From the NCBI RefSeq assembly GCF_018977255.1, contig NW_024704742.1, positions 131,256,001-131,320,000 on the forward strand: 64,000 nt of DNA. Direction: 5' to 3'. A program made the translations under genes and the position numbers. Of the stretch, positions 24,785-38,173 are shown piece after piece. Below the pieces are notes generated by a model. It was given only the letters and a program-made list of their open reading frames with translations, had not been told where the DNA came from and ran no database searches. Numbering within the stretch: the first letter of the stretch is position 1; each line of letters starts with the position of its first letter. This DNA comes from Callorhinchus milii (taxonomy: Eukaryota).

Positions 24785-25030
24785 ACAACAACTTAAATTT
24801 ATATTGCACCCTTCACGCAGGGGAGCATCTTGGAGCACTTAACAGTAGCGGAGTTTGATGCTGAGCCGGGGGGGAAGGGGAGGTGACCATAAGCACAGTT
24901 GAAGAGGATCTGAAGACGGGTAAGGAGGGGCAAGGTGAGGGATTGAGTTAGGGAGTTCCAGAGTTTCAGTGTGTAGTGGCTGAAAGTACAGGTGGCGATG
25001 GTGGAGCGGAGGGGACGAGGGATGTGCAAA
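24785..25030 (-). mobile_element. L2 3' fragment
   Basis: GGGAGTTCCAGAG...GGCTGAAAG..GGCGATGGTGGAGCGG. Confidence 0.7.
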
Positions 25031-26069
25031 ATGATAGGTCGAACAGATGCATCATGCAGGTGAGCACCTCAGAGTGTTGCACAGTGGCCGATTTGTCAGG
25101 GGCAGGGCATAACGAAAGTTCCCTTTGATTGGAACAATGGGAAATATCACCGACCCCAGGAAACAAATAGTAATAATAACCCATACATTTGATACAGCAC
25201 GTCTTCAAGACGTCTCAAAGCGCTTCACAGAATATATTTAACATATAATCGGCTGTATATTTGGTGGGCGAAATGACTGATTCATGACTGGGGTCTAAAT
25301 GTCTGCTCAATGCAGAGGAATAAAATGACAACAGGGGGGAGAAACCTTATCAATAACAACCATGTAGGGAAAAAAACTGTAAGAAAAACAAAAAAATCTA
25401 TTTGTAGCCCTCACCTGCACTACTGCTACCAGTTGGAAGAAATGTCCTCTCATCTTACCAGTTCAGCCCAGGAGAGCAATATTGTTATTCTTCTTGCTAA
25501 GACGTGGTAACAAGCCTCTCAGTTATGACCCAGAAGTTATGGTGTGAAAGGCACTATGTCAAATGTAAGGATTATTATAGCTACAAAGCACTTCACGGAG
25601 AATTGTTGCCAAAGTGTAGTGACTGTGTATGTCTAGACATTTGTAGGCTCATAATAATAATCTTGCATTTGATACAGCGCCTTATCAAGTCTTTGAGATG
25701 TCTCAAAGCTCTTCACAGAATATATTGTCGAGTGAATTGAATGTGTGTTTGTGGGTGGAAGTTCTCAAACTGTTCTCTGATCATAGTGTGTGCATGTGTC
25801 TGTGTGTGTGTAGTTGGCTGGCTACCAACTGCAGTCAGGCTGATTCCACAGCTCGGTCCCAGAGCACATCGCGCCAGCTAAAGCCTTTCAACGCTGAGAG
25901 CTCACCGCACTGTGCAAAACATTTGTCTTCTCTTATTATACACCCATTAATGGGTTGAACTGCTGTAATGCGCGCGGCAAACTGATTGATTCTGTTGTGT
26001 AACACAGTAATGGTTTCACATCTCGTTGGTTTCAGTTTGTTTTTTGTTTAAGCATTCTTTCCCCCCACC

Positions 26070-26200
26070 CCCTCACACACACGCGCACACACACAGAAAC
26101 ACTATGACGGTGGGTGACAAGCACACTCACATGCACGCATGCGTGCACACACATATATACACACACACACACAGACACACACGTGTGTGCACACACACAT
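26070..26200. repeat. (CA)n-rich microsatellite
   Basis: Directly visible in sequence. Confidence 0.85.
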
Positions 26201-27164
26201 GAAATTACTGATGAGAGCAAGAGAGACAGAGCCAGAGAGAAATCAAAATATTCCAGAGAAGCCAGGAAAAGGAAGCCGATTTCTGAGAAAGCATTAAGCA
26301 CGGCGCTTGTCTTACACACATTCCACTGAGAAAAGCTTCATTATTATTAACATAGCGACATTATTTTCTCATCGTCCTCCGCGGGACGATTTTAAGCCAT
26401 CAACATCACAGAACACAAAGCCTCCCATGTTACAGACCCCATTCAAACTTGGGAGTTGATGACATTTCTTTCACATTATTGAGTGGAACATGCCATCCAC
26501 TAATCCCCTCCTCATTGTGTGAAAGCTCTCTGGTAAACCACACGATTTCTCTTTCCCGTTTCCTTCCAGAGTGTTTCACTGCTTGCCATGACCTAGCCTC
26601 ACTCCCTTTCCCAGAGTCTGTGTTTTAAAGGTGCTTATCCTTGCCCATGTAAGCATATCAAGCATAAAGAAATTTCACTTAGCCTTCGATAAAGATTCAC
26701 TCAGCTGTGATGCAGTTGTGGCAGCAGCTGGAATTATTATATTTTTTCAGGATTCTGTACCTTGGAAAGCATAACATGTTTCGTTCAAAATGTTGCTTAA
26801 GTCTTTAGAATACTGTGAGTGTCAAGGTGCTGTTATTTTATGTTATTTAATACATTAAAGGCGACCTCCGATGGTGGGGCGGAGGGTGGGAGAGACGAAC
26901 AGGAGGCCGGTGCCAGTCAAGCGGAGGAGCTGGGTGGTGGATTGGGGAGTGAGGAGGTCGGAGTGGTAGCGAGATGCCAGGGATTGAAGGGATTTGAACA
27001 TGATCAAGATTGGACTCTTCCCACTTCCTAAACTACTCCACCAATGTCACGGTTTACTGCCCATTGGGATAGGGAGATAGTGTGATACAGGGGCTGAAAA
27101 ATGATGTGCTAATTATCACAGGCGAAGTCGAGTTAAACCAGCATTTCCCGAACTGGTAAGAAAC

Positions 27165-27878
27165 TCAGAGATTGTGGGTTCAAGTCCCACATCAAGACTT
27201 TGAGCTCACAGGGGCTAGGCTGACACTCCAGCGCAGTGCTGGAGGATTGCTGTGTTGTCGGAGGTGCCATCCATTGGGTGAAAGGTGAAACTGAGGTCCC
27301 ATCTGCCTGTTCAGGTGGATGTTAAAATATCCCATGGCTCTATTCGAAAAGAGAAGGGAGTTTCTCCCATGTCCTGGTCAACAATACCTCCCTCCCTCCA
27401 AAATTGGTCTTTCACTCCATGGCTGTTTGTCAGACATTACTCTGTTTTGTTTTTCACACCCCACCCTACCTCTGTAACCCCCTCAAACTCTACCAACCTG
27501 ACTGCTCACTCTACTCTGTGGCCCCCATCCTACCCACCCACCATGGGGGTCCTGCTTTTAGCCTATCTTCCCCCACTCTCTGGAACTCCTTCATGGACTC
27601 CCTTTGCCTCACCTCTTCCCTCATCTCCTTCAAAATCTGCATCAAGACTTTTCTTTTTGACCTCATATTTTCAGTCATCTTCCCCCCTACCTCCCTCGGG
27701 CCCCAACCTCTTCAGCTCCCACCCCAGCTCGGATGCAAACCCTCAGCACGTTGGGACATCCTCCCCACGTGAAAAGCGCTCGAAAATGTAAATTTATTGT
27801 TGTTGTATCCTGCGGAGCACTTTGGGATGTCTTGATGATGTGATAAGGCACTATATTGAAATGCAAGGACTATTATAA
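27165..27878 (+). mobile_element. Family-1 SINE interrupted by an L2 3' fragment (~27460-27805)
   Basis: SINE head and Deu core 27165-27440, then L2 (PTLWNS, hairpin, TTGTTG), then the SINE tail resumes at ~27807. Confidence 0.8.
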
Positions 27879-28664
27879 TGCACAACCTTCTGGTTCTGAG
27901 AATACAGCACTGACACCTGAGCCCCCTGATATCACGTTAATTACAGTTTTCCATATAAATAAATTGAAAACAATATATGTGTGTGTTTTTTTAAAAAAAA
28001 TACACTTAACAAGAGTATCCACTTAGCAGGTAAACGTAACAGTCAGTATCTCAATTGACTTCCTGCGATGTGGCATCAGCTGACTTGATCTCACTTGGAT
28101 TTCCAATTTTCCTTTTATTTCAACTGTATCCTTCACTGCTTCATTTGTATTTGTATTGACAGAAGCACTTAGAGAGGCAGGCATCTGCTTTGACATAACA
28201 CGGCATTGCGATGCGAAATCACCGGGCGACATTTAATTAAAGGCCATGGTGCCCGTCATTGCTATAGAAACGGCACTCCGTGTACTCCATTTCAGCAGCT
28301 TCACTCCTCATCATTAATGTACTGAATACTGTTTATTAATACTTTATGATGAGGCCAATGCATATTAATTAAGATATACTTTTTGACATTTAATAGACAA
28401 TGCTGTGCAATTATGTTCAGCAGTATTAAGGCAACATAAAGAGCACTTAGGGGATGGCAAATGTAACAGTAAATCAGATGAGCCGAGATACCACAGCGTG
28501 AAAGCAATATTGTTTTAAGTAACTTAATCAATTTTTTATTAAGGGTTTGATATACTGGAAGGTACAGAATAATCGGGTAAAAATTCCTCAATATTCTGCA
28601 ACTTATTCGTGGGGAGCAATTCCACCTGGGTCCAGATTTACTGGACTAATATAGCATTTAATCA

Positions 28665-29030
28665 TAACAATGATCCTTACATTTGATATAGTATCTTATC
28701 ACATCATGGAGATGTCTCAAAGTGCTTCACAGAATATACTGTAAAGTGAACTGACTGCATATTTTGTGGGCATGAAACACAGCAGCCAATTGCGCACAGC
28801 AATGTCCCACAAACAGTTGTGGATTGAGTGACCAAATTATTAGTATTTCAAAAAAATTGGAAAGGATTATTACCCCCAGAAAGCGATCTGCTAATCAACT
28901 AATAATTGGGTTTCAACTGCTAGGTGAACAGCAGTGTGTGGAGTAAGGAAACTTGCCTAAGATTTCATTGTGCGCGGGAATCGAACTCAGGGCCCCTTGC
29001 TTGCAAGACAAGAGCTCTAACTAATACACC
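28665..29030 (-). mobile_element. Family-2 tRNA-SINE, long form
   Basis: Tail, central segment and tRNA head all recognisable. Confidence 0.85.
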
Positions 29031-29111
29031 ATATGCCTCCAAACTCCATTTCAAGTGCTTTGAGATGCCCTCCTGCCAAGAAAGGAGCTGGAGAGATGCA
29101 AATTAAATTAG

Positions 29112-29495
29112 ATTTCAGAGTGTCCAGAATTTGGCAAATCCTTAAGCACAGCCTTAAATATGAATAATAATAATAATTGTTATTGTATTTCATATATTGC
29201 CTTATCACAATTTCGAGACGTCTCAAAGGACCTCACAGGATATACTATAAAGAGGATTGAATATGTATTTTGTGGGTGAAATGTGGCAGTCAATTGCATA
29301 CGGCAGCGTCCCATTGGAGTGAGTGACCAATTTTATTTGGGGGATTGTTGGCCTGGATACCGGGAGAGAGAAACCCTCTTCTCTTTTCGAAGAGTGTGAC
29401 TGACAAAACAGATGAGACCTCTGGCAGAGAAAACCAACTGACTACAAAATTGAGACTGAATTCAACAATTTGCCAAATGCTGGATGCTCTGAAAT
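29112..29495. mobile_element. Inverted-repeat element (28-bp arms) with a SINE inserted between the arms
   Basis: 29112-29139 versus 29468-29495 are 25/28 reverse-complementary; minus-strand SINE at ~29160-29420. Confidence 0.6.
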
Positions 29496-30126
29496 GTTAT
29501 ATTGTTGGAGTACATCTTGAACCAGATGAAATCTCTCCCCTCACAATTGGTAATTAACCACTCGAGCCCATTAAGAAACACCATGATTTTCACCCCGATA
29601 TTCGATACGTTAAAACAACAAGTTGAAGTAAAAATTGTTAGATATCCAGGAATAACATATGGATTATTATGTCATCCTCATCAATCTAATTATTAATAAA
29701 TAAAAATACTAATAACAATAATATTAATGATGATTAAATAATAACTGTGGGACAAATTATTTATTGATCAAAACACTTTTGAGTCACTATATATTGGTTT
29801 GGAATTTCGTTCCTCACACGTCTGTTTCTCGGTTCTAACAGGCTCGGGCAGGTCAAGAAACACTAATGGTTAATGGGATGCCTTCTTAGCATTTAGCCAC
29901 AGGTGCTTGTCTCCGAGCCTTGACCGATGGCAAGATTATATCTATTGGACTGGAATACTTTTGTAATGAGATCGCATTTGCCATAACTGAGGGTCCTTAT
30001 ATCAGGGGCTGGCTGATGAAGCGAAACTGACTCAGATGGAGACTGCAGCAAGTTTGAATTATGTTAAACAGCTAGGATTCACCACTTGTTCAGTACTGAT
30101 TTATGAGTGATTGTAAGATTGTTGAT

Positions 30127-30158
<32 letters not shown>
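30127..30158. repeat. (GA)n microsatellite
   Basis: Directly visible in sequence. Confidence 0.95.
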
Positions 30159-30159
<1 letters not shown>

Positions 30160-30594
30160 TTCTCTGCCTCTTGAGGTGGTGGATATGACCTGAGAGTGAT
30201 TGCAAACCTTGCAGAAAGCAGTGTTGCCCCAAGACAATTTCCTGCACTTGAACTGGAAGATGTGCTTTTAAATCCTAAGCACATTCCAAAGGGCTGCCTG
30301 CCTTGTGATTCAGGTAGATGTAAAAGGACCACCCCTGCTGTTACTGTTTAATAACAATCATATTAACAATAATATTAATAATAATAATAAATAATAATAT
30401 GAATAGATCAACTTTTGCATCTGGAACCTGTCTCAAAGTGCTTCACAGGATTTTCTGTGTATTTTATCGGATGAAAACAGCCGCCAGTTTGCGCATGGCA
30501 ATGTCCCACAAACAGCCATAAAGAGAATGACCAGGACACTGGGACAAATTCCCTTCTCTTTTCAGATAGTGCCATGGGATCTTTGGGATTTTAC

Positions 30595-30928
30595 AATACA
30601 ATACAGTACAAAATTACATTTACGCAGTGCCTTTCATGTCGGGAGGATGTCCCAAGGCTCTGGACAGTCAGGGATTTGGATCCGAGCTGGGGGTCGGGAT
30701 CGGGAAGGGTGGAGGGCAGGGAGGGTAGGAAGGTGGCTGAAGTCTCAGTCAAAGAGGAAGGTTTTGAAATGGGCCTTGAAGGAGGCAAGGGAGGGGGTAA
30801 AGGGAACGTGTGATGGAGTTCCATAGGGTAGGGGCAGAAAGGCTGAAGGCTCGGCCACCAATGGTGGAGCGGGTTGGGCAGGGAACCTCGAGCAGGCCAC
30901 AACCTGCTGAGCGGAGGGAGCAGACAGG
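30595..30928 (-). mobile_element. L2 3' fragment
   Basis: L2 hairpin and 3' UTR GATCCGAGCTGGGGGTCGGGATCGGG. Confidence 0.85.
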
Positions 30929-30969
30929 TTGATATGGGGTCAGCAGGTCACAGAACTCATGTTGTCTAT

Positions 30970-31322
30970 TCTGACACTCCAGTGCAGTGCTGGGGGTCGC
31001 TGCATTGTTGGGAGTGCCATACTTCAGGTGAGACCTTAAACCGAGGTCCTGATTGTCTATTCAGGTGGATGTTAAAGATCCCATGGCAGTATTCAAAACG
31101 TGAAGGGAGTTTTTCCTGGTGTACTGGCTGACAATCCCCCAGATAAAATTGCTCATTCACTTCATGGATGTTTGTAGGATATTGCTGTGTGCAAACTGTC
31201 TGCTGCATTTGCCTACAAATACACACTGACTGCACGCTCCAGAAAATCCTGCAAAACACTTTGAAACGTGAATCTACTGATGTGAAAGGTGCTATATCAA
31301 ATGCAAGAATTAATATTATTAT
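30970..31322 (+). mobile_element. Deu-domain tRNA-SINE (family 1), 5'-truncated
   Basis: TTAAACCGAGGTCC..TTCAGGTGGATGTTAAAGATCCCATGGCA. Confidence 0.85.
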
Positions 31323-32249
31323 TGTTAATAATAAAGTCAGATTTCTGTGCTGGCAATAGGAAAGTGCAAGTTTGCTTCATTGCTCCCCTGAAGACTTGGC
31401 CGAGTGTACAACAATGACAGAAGGTTATGAGAAATCCACTCTAGCAACGATAAGGTCATAGTCCATGGCGTTATGTGAATTTTCATCAGCGTTCATCACA
31501 AAAGGGCACAGTGCTCACTTAACTAGGTGGCAATTAAATTTTGACGGTACCTTTTGTTTAAAGCACTTATTAATAATGGATCTTTATGGCATTGATTAAA
31601 ATATGTATCCATAGAGCAGTAACCTCAGGATCAGCTGTACCTACGCTTCTTGCAATGTTTTGGGGGAAGAGTTCTTTGTCTGGGCAAAGGTTCCTGTTTG
31701 CATCTCAATCCTATTCATCTGTTGTTCTTACAACACCCTATTTATTTGTACCGATATCTAAGGGGGTGTCAGTCAGTAGATCGCAACGTTTGCTTGGAAA
31801 TAGTCTTTCTGGACTACACCGACAAAGGTCAAATCGCTCATTTTTTTTTTTCTATCAGCAAAGCAGAGTCCCGAAGCTTGCTAAGCTCACAGTGTATAAG
31901 AACTGAATTAGACATGTGTCTCAGTAGTACTTGTGTGTTGAGCGCTAGACCTGTTGCGTGGACACAGGGCATAATGCTTTGAAAGTTGATACAAGTATTA
32001 TGATATCTCAGAGATGTTTAGCTACTAAACAGTCACTACACTTTACAGTAAAAGCCAGTGAGGAGCTTGGAGACAACGTGAAAGGCGGAAGACATTATCA
32101 AATGTAAAGATTATTATTAGTAGTAGTAATAATGGACAATGTGATAATATTCCTTGCTCACCCTCATTCCTTCATGATGTAAACCTTAACCCAGCAAAAT
32201 CAAGCACGAATGGCTAGGATAGTGCTAGCTGGAAAGTTTTACCATATTA

Positions 32250-32565
32250 ATAATCCTAATATTTCATATAGGAGGATGTCAGGAGGATGTCTCAAAGTGC
32301 TTCACAGGATATACTGCAAAGTGTAGTGACTGTGCATAGGAAGGCGAAGACAGCAGCCCAGTTGCCCACAGGAAAGGCCAACAAACAGTGAATGACCAAC
32401 TTTACTTGAGGGATTATCAGACAGGACACTGGGAGAAACTCCCTTCTCTAATTAAATAGTGCAAGTAGTGCCATGGGATCTTTTAATGGCCACTTTAACA
32501 GGCAAATGGTACCTCAGTTTTATGTCTCCTTCGGAAGATGGTACCTCCAACAATGCAAACCTCCC
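32250..32565 (-). mobile_element. Family-1 SINE
   Basis: Antisense Deu core AGTGCCATGGGATCTTT; 11-bp tandem duplication in the tail. Confidence 0.8.
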
Positions 32566-34278
32566 TGTCCTGTAATACTGCATTGCACGTTTACTAATTT
32601 TCTATTTCTATTAGTTTTACTTTTTTTTAAATAAACCAGGAAGTGCCTTGCTTCTCGAATCACACCACGGCTCAATTTCCTCCAAAGGAAAACAGCAAAT
32701 CTTTAAGGTAACACCGTCAAGCGGGACACTGATCAGAGCACATCTCTTATAATTGGATTTTGTCTTTGTGTGCCAATCATGGATTTATCAAGCATCCAGC
32801 ATAAAGTCCATGTCTCCTGACAAGATTATTGAGCAATATCTTTGTACCTACATATGCTGACATTTACAAGACGTCCTCATGCTTAATCCTTGCTCGTTCA
32901 TCTGCACCCTATCACAGTAAAGGGGAATGTCAATCAAGCTAGAAGTATATGGGCAGCACGTCTTGTTAATGACTATGCTCACATTTGTGCCTTGATATTT
33001 ATTTGCACCCAGAGATCTCTGGTCTATCCTCCCTGTCACTCGAGCGCAATATGCATAATTTATTAACTAGCTAAACTACGTTATGAATAAGGGATGAGGC
33101 TTGTCTTGGAATTGTGGGGGTGAGGGGGGAAGAGAAATTTTGTTTTGCCACAAGTCCACAGTCACAAAGATAGCCTCAGTTGAGTGATTGCAGCTCCACA
33201 CTCAGAAGGTGACAACATCTCCATTTGAAAGGTTGACGCATGGAAGAATATTTAGGTCTGTTGACTGTAAACTGAACAACGAAAGCGCATGCCAGTATGA
33301 TTCAGTCGTTAGCACTTGTGCCTCTGAGTCAGAATGTTGGGGTTCAAGACCCGCTGGGGGGGTGGTGGACTTTGAACTCACGGTCCTGGCTGATCCCCCA
33401 GTGCAGTGCTGGGGAAACGTCATAATAATAATAATCATAATAATAATAATCCTTACATTTGGCCTTATCACGTCGCTGAGACGAATCAGAGCGCTTTACA
33501 GAATATAGTGTAAAGTGTATTGACTGTATTTTGCGGGCAAAATACAGCAGCCAATAATTCATATAGGTCTTAAGGTGGGTTTTGAAGTGGGAAGGGAGAG
33601 GGCACGGCAGCGTGTCTCGGGTGGGAAGAGGGGCACGGTGAATTCTGTGAGAAACCTGAGATGTCCTCCTGACGTCACTGGAAGACACTGTATCGAATGG
33701 AAGGATTATTATTATTATTATTATTATAATTTGTATTTTGCTCCTTCTAATGTGTGCAACCTCACTGATCCTGATGGTAGAACAACGAAAAACAGAATAC
33801 ATCAGGTAATATTTTTAACTTGGGTCAACAGCGCAGAGTTTAAGCGAGCAATGATATATTTCTGGCACAGCTGAATAAAAGGCCCCACTGCTACCACCAT
33901 TATAGTCTTAATAATACACCAGAGGCAGGAGAGAAGCACTTAAGATTTATCTTATCACAAAGGTGCAGAAGGCCAGTTGTGCAAAGAGCATAATTTTAGA
34001 TCGGGCAGATTGCGTGGCACAACGGTTCAGCACACTTCCTTGTTCATCTTTTTTGCCTTAAAAGATGATTCCCTGGGGGACTGGGAGCCTGTAAGAACCT
34101 GAAGAGGATGGGAGTGCTTGGTGTGCGGAGCGAGAAAGGATACAGGCTATGAGAGATGAGGAACATCAGTTTTGCATGAGTTGGAAGCTTGGACCAAGTG
34201 CAGTTAAGGAGGTTGGTTAAGAAAGGGCTGACAGTTCTCTCCCAAATGTGACTAGGGCTTGAGTAAGGATTCCAGCAG

Positions 34279-35135
34279 TGTCAGCTTGACTCAGTGGTAG
34301 CACTCTCGCCTCTGAGTCAGAGGGTTGTGGGTTCAAATCCCATGTTGGGACATGGAATCACAACAACAACAGCAACAACACAATTACATTTGTAAAACAT
34401 CTTTCACATCAGGAAGACGTCCCAAGGTGCTGAACAGACAGAGTTATGGACCCGAGCTGGGGGTAGGGGTGGAGGGCGGGGGGAGAAGCAGGGAGATCGA
34501 AAGCATGGTCAAAGAGGAGGGTCTTGAGATGGGTTTTGAAAGTGGCAAGGGAGGGGGCGAGATGGAGGGACTGAGGGATGGAGTTCCACAGGGTGGGGGC
34601 AGAGTGGCGGAAGGCCCGCCCACCAATAGTGGGGTGAGCGAGGCGGGGGACGTGAAGCAAGCCGGAGCCCACTGAGCGGAGGGAGTGAGCAGGATGATAG
34701 GGGGTTAGAAGGTCGGAGAGATAGGGGGAGAGCAAGACCATGGAGGGCTTTGAAGGTGAGGATCAGGATCTTGAAATGTATCTTCTGTGTGATGGGAAGC
34801 CAGTGGAGTTGGGCAAGGATGGGTCGTGGAGCCTAGTGCGGGAGAGGACACGGGCTGTAGAGTTCTGGCTGATCTGCAGCCTGTGGAGGGAGGAGTTGGG
34901 GAGGCCGACAAGCAATGAATTAGCATAGTCAAGCCTCGATGTAATGAAAGCATGTATGAGGGTTTCAGTGGCCTGTGGTGTGAGACAGTAGTGGAGACAT
35001 TAAACCAAGGATCCATCTGCCTGTTCAGATGGACATTAAAGATTCCATGGCACTGTTCAAAAAGGGAAGAAAATTTCTCTCTCCAGGTGTCCTGGTCAAC
35101 AATCCCCAAATACAACTGATCACTCACTCCATGGC
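34279..35135 (+). mobile_element. Family-1 SINE split by a minus-strand L2 3' fragment (34361-34993)
   Basis: SINE head 34279-34360; L2 antisense [31 protein letters not shown]; Deu core resumes at ~34994. Confidence 0.9.
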
Positions 35136-35154
35136 TCACTCATAGCCAGGTCAG

Positions 35155-35894
35155 TGGAGTTCTGTAGCTCAGTGGTTAGAGCACTCACCTCGCAAACAAG
35201 AGAGCTGGGTTTGATTCCCGGCAGGGCAAAACCTTGGCAAGTTTCCTTACTCCACAGTCCTGATAATGATTCCTCAATAAGGAAAGAAACACAATAATAA
35301 ATTGGTCACTTCAATCCACAACTTTTTGTGGGACACTGCTGGATGAAATGGAGGGATGGAAGAGGTAAGAACAGAAGCAAGGAAGTGATGTAGGTATGGA
35401 CCAGAGAGGAAAAGCCTGGGTACAGAGGGAACAACCAGACCCTGGAGAAAAAATAAACACATATACCTGAGCCAGACTCAAATCCAGAGCTCGATAATAA
35501 TAATCATAATCCTTGCATTTAACATAGCGCTTTATCATGTCTTCGAGACATCTCAAAGCACTTTACAGAATACACTGTAAAGTGAATTGGCTGTGTATTT
35601 TGTGGGTGAAAAGTGGCAGCCGATTACATACAGCAGTGTCCCACAAACGGTCGTGGATTAATTAACCAAATTATTATTTTTTAAAAAGGAATTATTATCC
35701 CAGGAAAAGCCATCTGCCAAATAACTAACAACTGGGTTCCTACTTACTGCAAGGTAAACAGAGGTGTGGAATAAGGAAACTTACTCCAGTTGCCCAACAT
35801 TTGGAAACTTACCCACATTTCGCCCTGCCGAGATTCAAACCCAGGTCCTCTCACTTGCAAGACAAGTGCTCTAACCACTGAGCTGCAAGACTTC
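35155..35894. mobile_element. Two convergent family-2 SINEs (short form, +, 35155-35341; long form, -, 35494-35894)
   Basis: tRNA heads at both outer ends. Confidence 0.85.
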
Positions 35895-38138
35895 AATGAT
35901 GAAAGGGGAGCAAGTAACATATATATTTTTTAACATATATATTCCAGGCTTTGTAGCTTCAACAGCTATTTTGTTGAATCCGATATTATAATTCCCCTTT
36001 GATGTTTCAGGAATGCATCAGGAGTTAAAGACAGAAAACTGATCAATGTCACCAGAAGGGTATAATCCCCTTTCGCAATGAGCCCATGTGATTCATGAAA
36101 GGGTGTATAAATCACATCAACTGGCAGGGAACCCACACTGCATTAGCCGTGATGAGGTTACTTTGCCATCTTGGAGACAGTTTTATTCAAATCAAAATAC
36201 TGTAAAAGGATTAAAGCAGGTTTTTTTGCAATGCTTGGGGAGGTGGAGTGGGGGTGGGGAGGAGGAATGTAAATCACTCTGCAATGGGAGGACTCAGTGA
36301 GTGTTGACATTATTCTCTGATCTTGTTTCCTCTGTCCCAGTGATGTCTCCATAACACAAATGATGACCCCTTTTTTTTCATTTGAGATCGAACACACACC
36401 AAATAAAAAAAGACACCCTGCTTTTTGCATCGCACCTACTAACGTCTGAAACATCTCGAAATCCCTTCATAGGTAATTTGCTGTCAAGAATAGTGGCTTT
36501 TTTTTTCGCGGGCTAAAAAAAATAGCACAAATGCAATGGGAGTTTAGAAAGCAAAGCTCCAGAACTCTGCCTGAGCACTTTAAAGGGGCTAGTGGTGTCC
36601 ATTCAAAGGGAATATAGTCTCCATGTTAAGCAGTTGGTAGAGCCTTTTTGGGGGGAGAAAAGATAAGAGATAGAGGTTCATTTAGTTCACTTACAAAATA
36701 TACGGTCACCCTGTGTGGCACTTTGAAACTGCCTCCTCATTTGAACAGCTGTATCAAATGTAAGGATTATTATTATAATTATTATTATTACTCCTGCAAA
36801 GTGTAACTATTTTAGGAAGCTGAAATATATTAAGAAAAGGAACTTCCATTCAAATGTAAAGTGGTAGTGTTATTGGGCTGGCTGACCAATCATTGAAAAA
36901 TGAACAGTTATTAATAATAATATCTCAATAATAACAATCTCGATTTACATGATTTTTACATCTCTGGTAAAAAGTAGCTTGCGTTCTAGTGACTATTGAT
37001 ATAGTTCGCAAACAAACAAAACAACAGTTAACATTTGTACAGAGCATTTAGTGCTGAGGGGATGTCTCAAAGAGCTTCACATGGCCAACCCACTGGAGGC
37101 CCAAGACAGGATGGGGAAAGTGGTGGGGGAAAGTGGATCCAAAGCACTCAAGTTCCTGAAACCGACAGCTCCTTTAAAACAACAACAACTACTTGCATTT
37201 ATGTAGAGTCCTGTACGTGGGATTGTACAGGGTATCCCACCCCGCAAACAGCACCCTGCAAATGTTTCTGGTTTGAAAAGACTCTGGGTTAATCGGAACT
37301 TGATGCAAAGTGCTTCTTGCGGGTGGGCATTCGCAAAAAAAGCAACAAAAAAGAAGGTGGAAGGGATTTTTAAGGTGTGATCGTTCCTGACATTGAATTA
37401 AATTCATTCTACACGGGTCAGCAAACGAGATCTGCCCTTTCCTTTCACACGTTAAAAGAGTAGCTGATGTTTGAACAGGATGCATTGTTAAACTCCCTCT
37501 CCGCACGCCTTTTCTCTGGGCCAATGATGCGGAGAAAATGAAATGTTTAACTTGATTGAGGATTACCTTGTGTTTCAGGACGGACATTTTTTTTACTCTT
37601 TCACGGCATTTGAGAGGTGTCTGCCAATTGGATTATTTTAATGTGTGATATATATAAAAAACGTTAGCGGCTAATGAATTGAGGCTATTTTTAAATGAGC
37701 AGAGGAATGGTTACATGCACGTTAGGTGAGGAAATTATTTGACAAAATCTATTTGAAAATATTGCTGTAATTGAATTTTGCTAAGGCTTCAATTTATTTT
37801 ATTTTTATAATTGGATTGCATGCTAGAAGGAGGGAGGGAAATGTATGTTGTTTTATTAATGTATCTAGATAACCGCAAGACTATCTGCCTTTTTTTTCCG
37901 TGACAGGGCTAATAGTGGGTGGGGGGAAATGGAATTTAATCAAATTCATGACAGATTTAAATAGTTCTCCATTAAACTGCGGAATTATTTTTTGGAAAAA
38001 GCTTTTAATCTAGACAATTGTTCCATCCCATCTGATTAATTCACCCACAAAACATACAGCCAATTAACTTTGCAGTATATTCTTTGAAGCGCTTTGAGAC
38101 GTCTCGAAGATGTGATAAGGCTCTATATCAAATACAAG

Positions 38139-38173
<35 letters not shown>

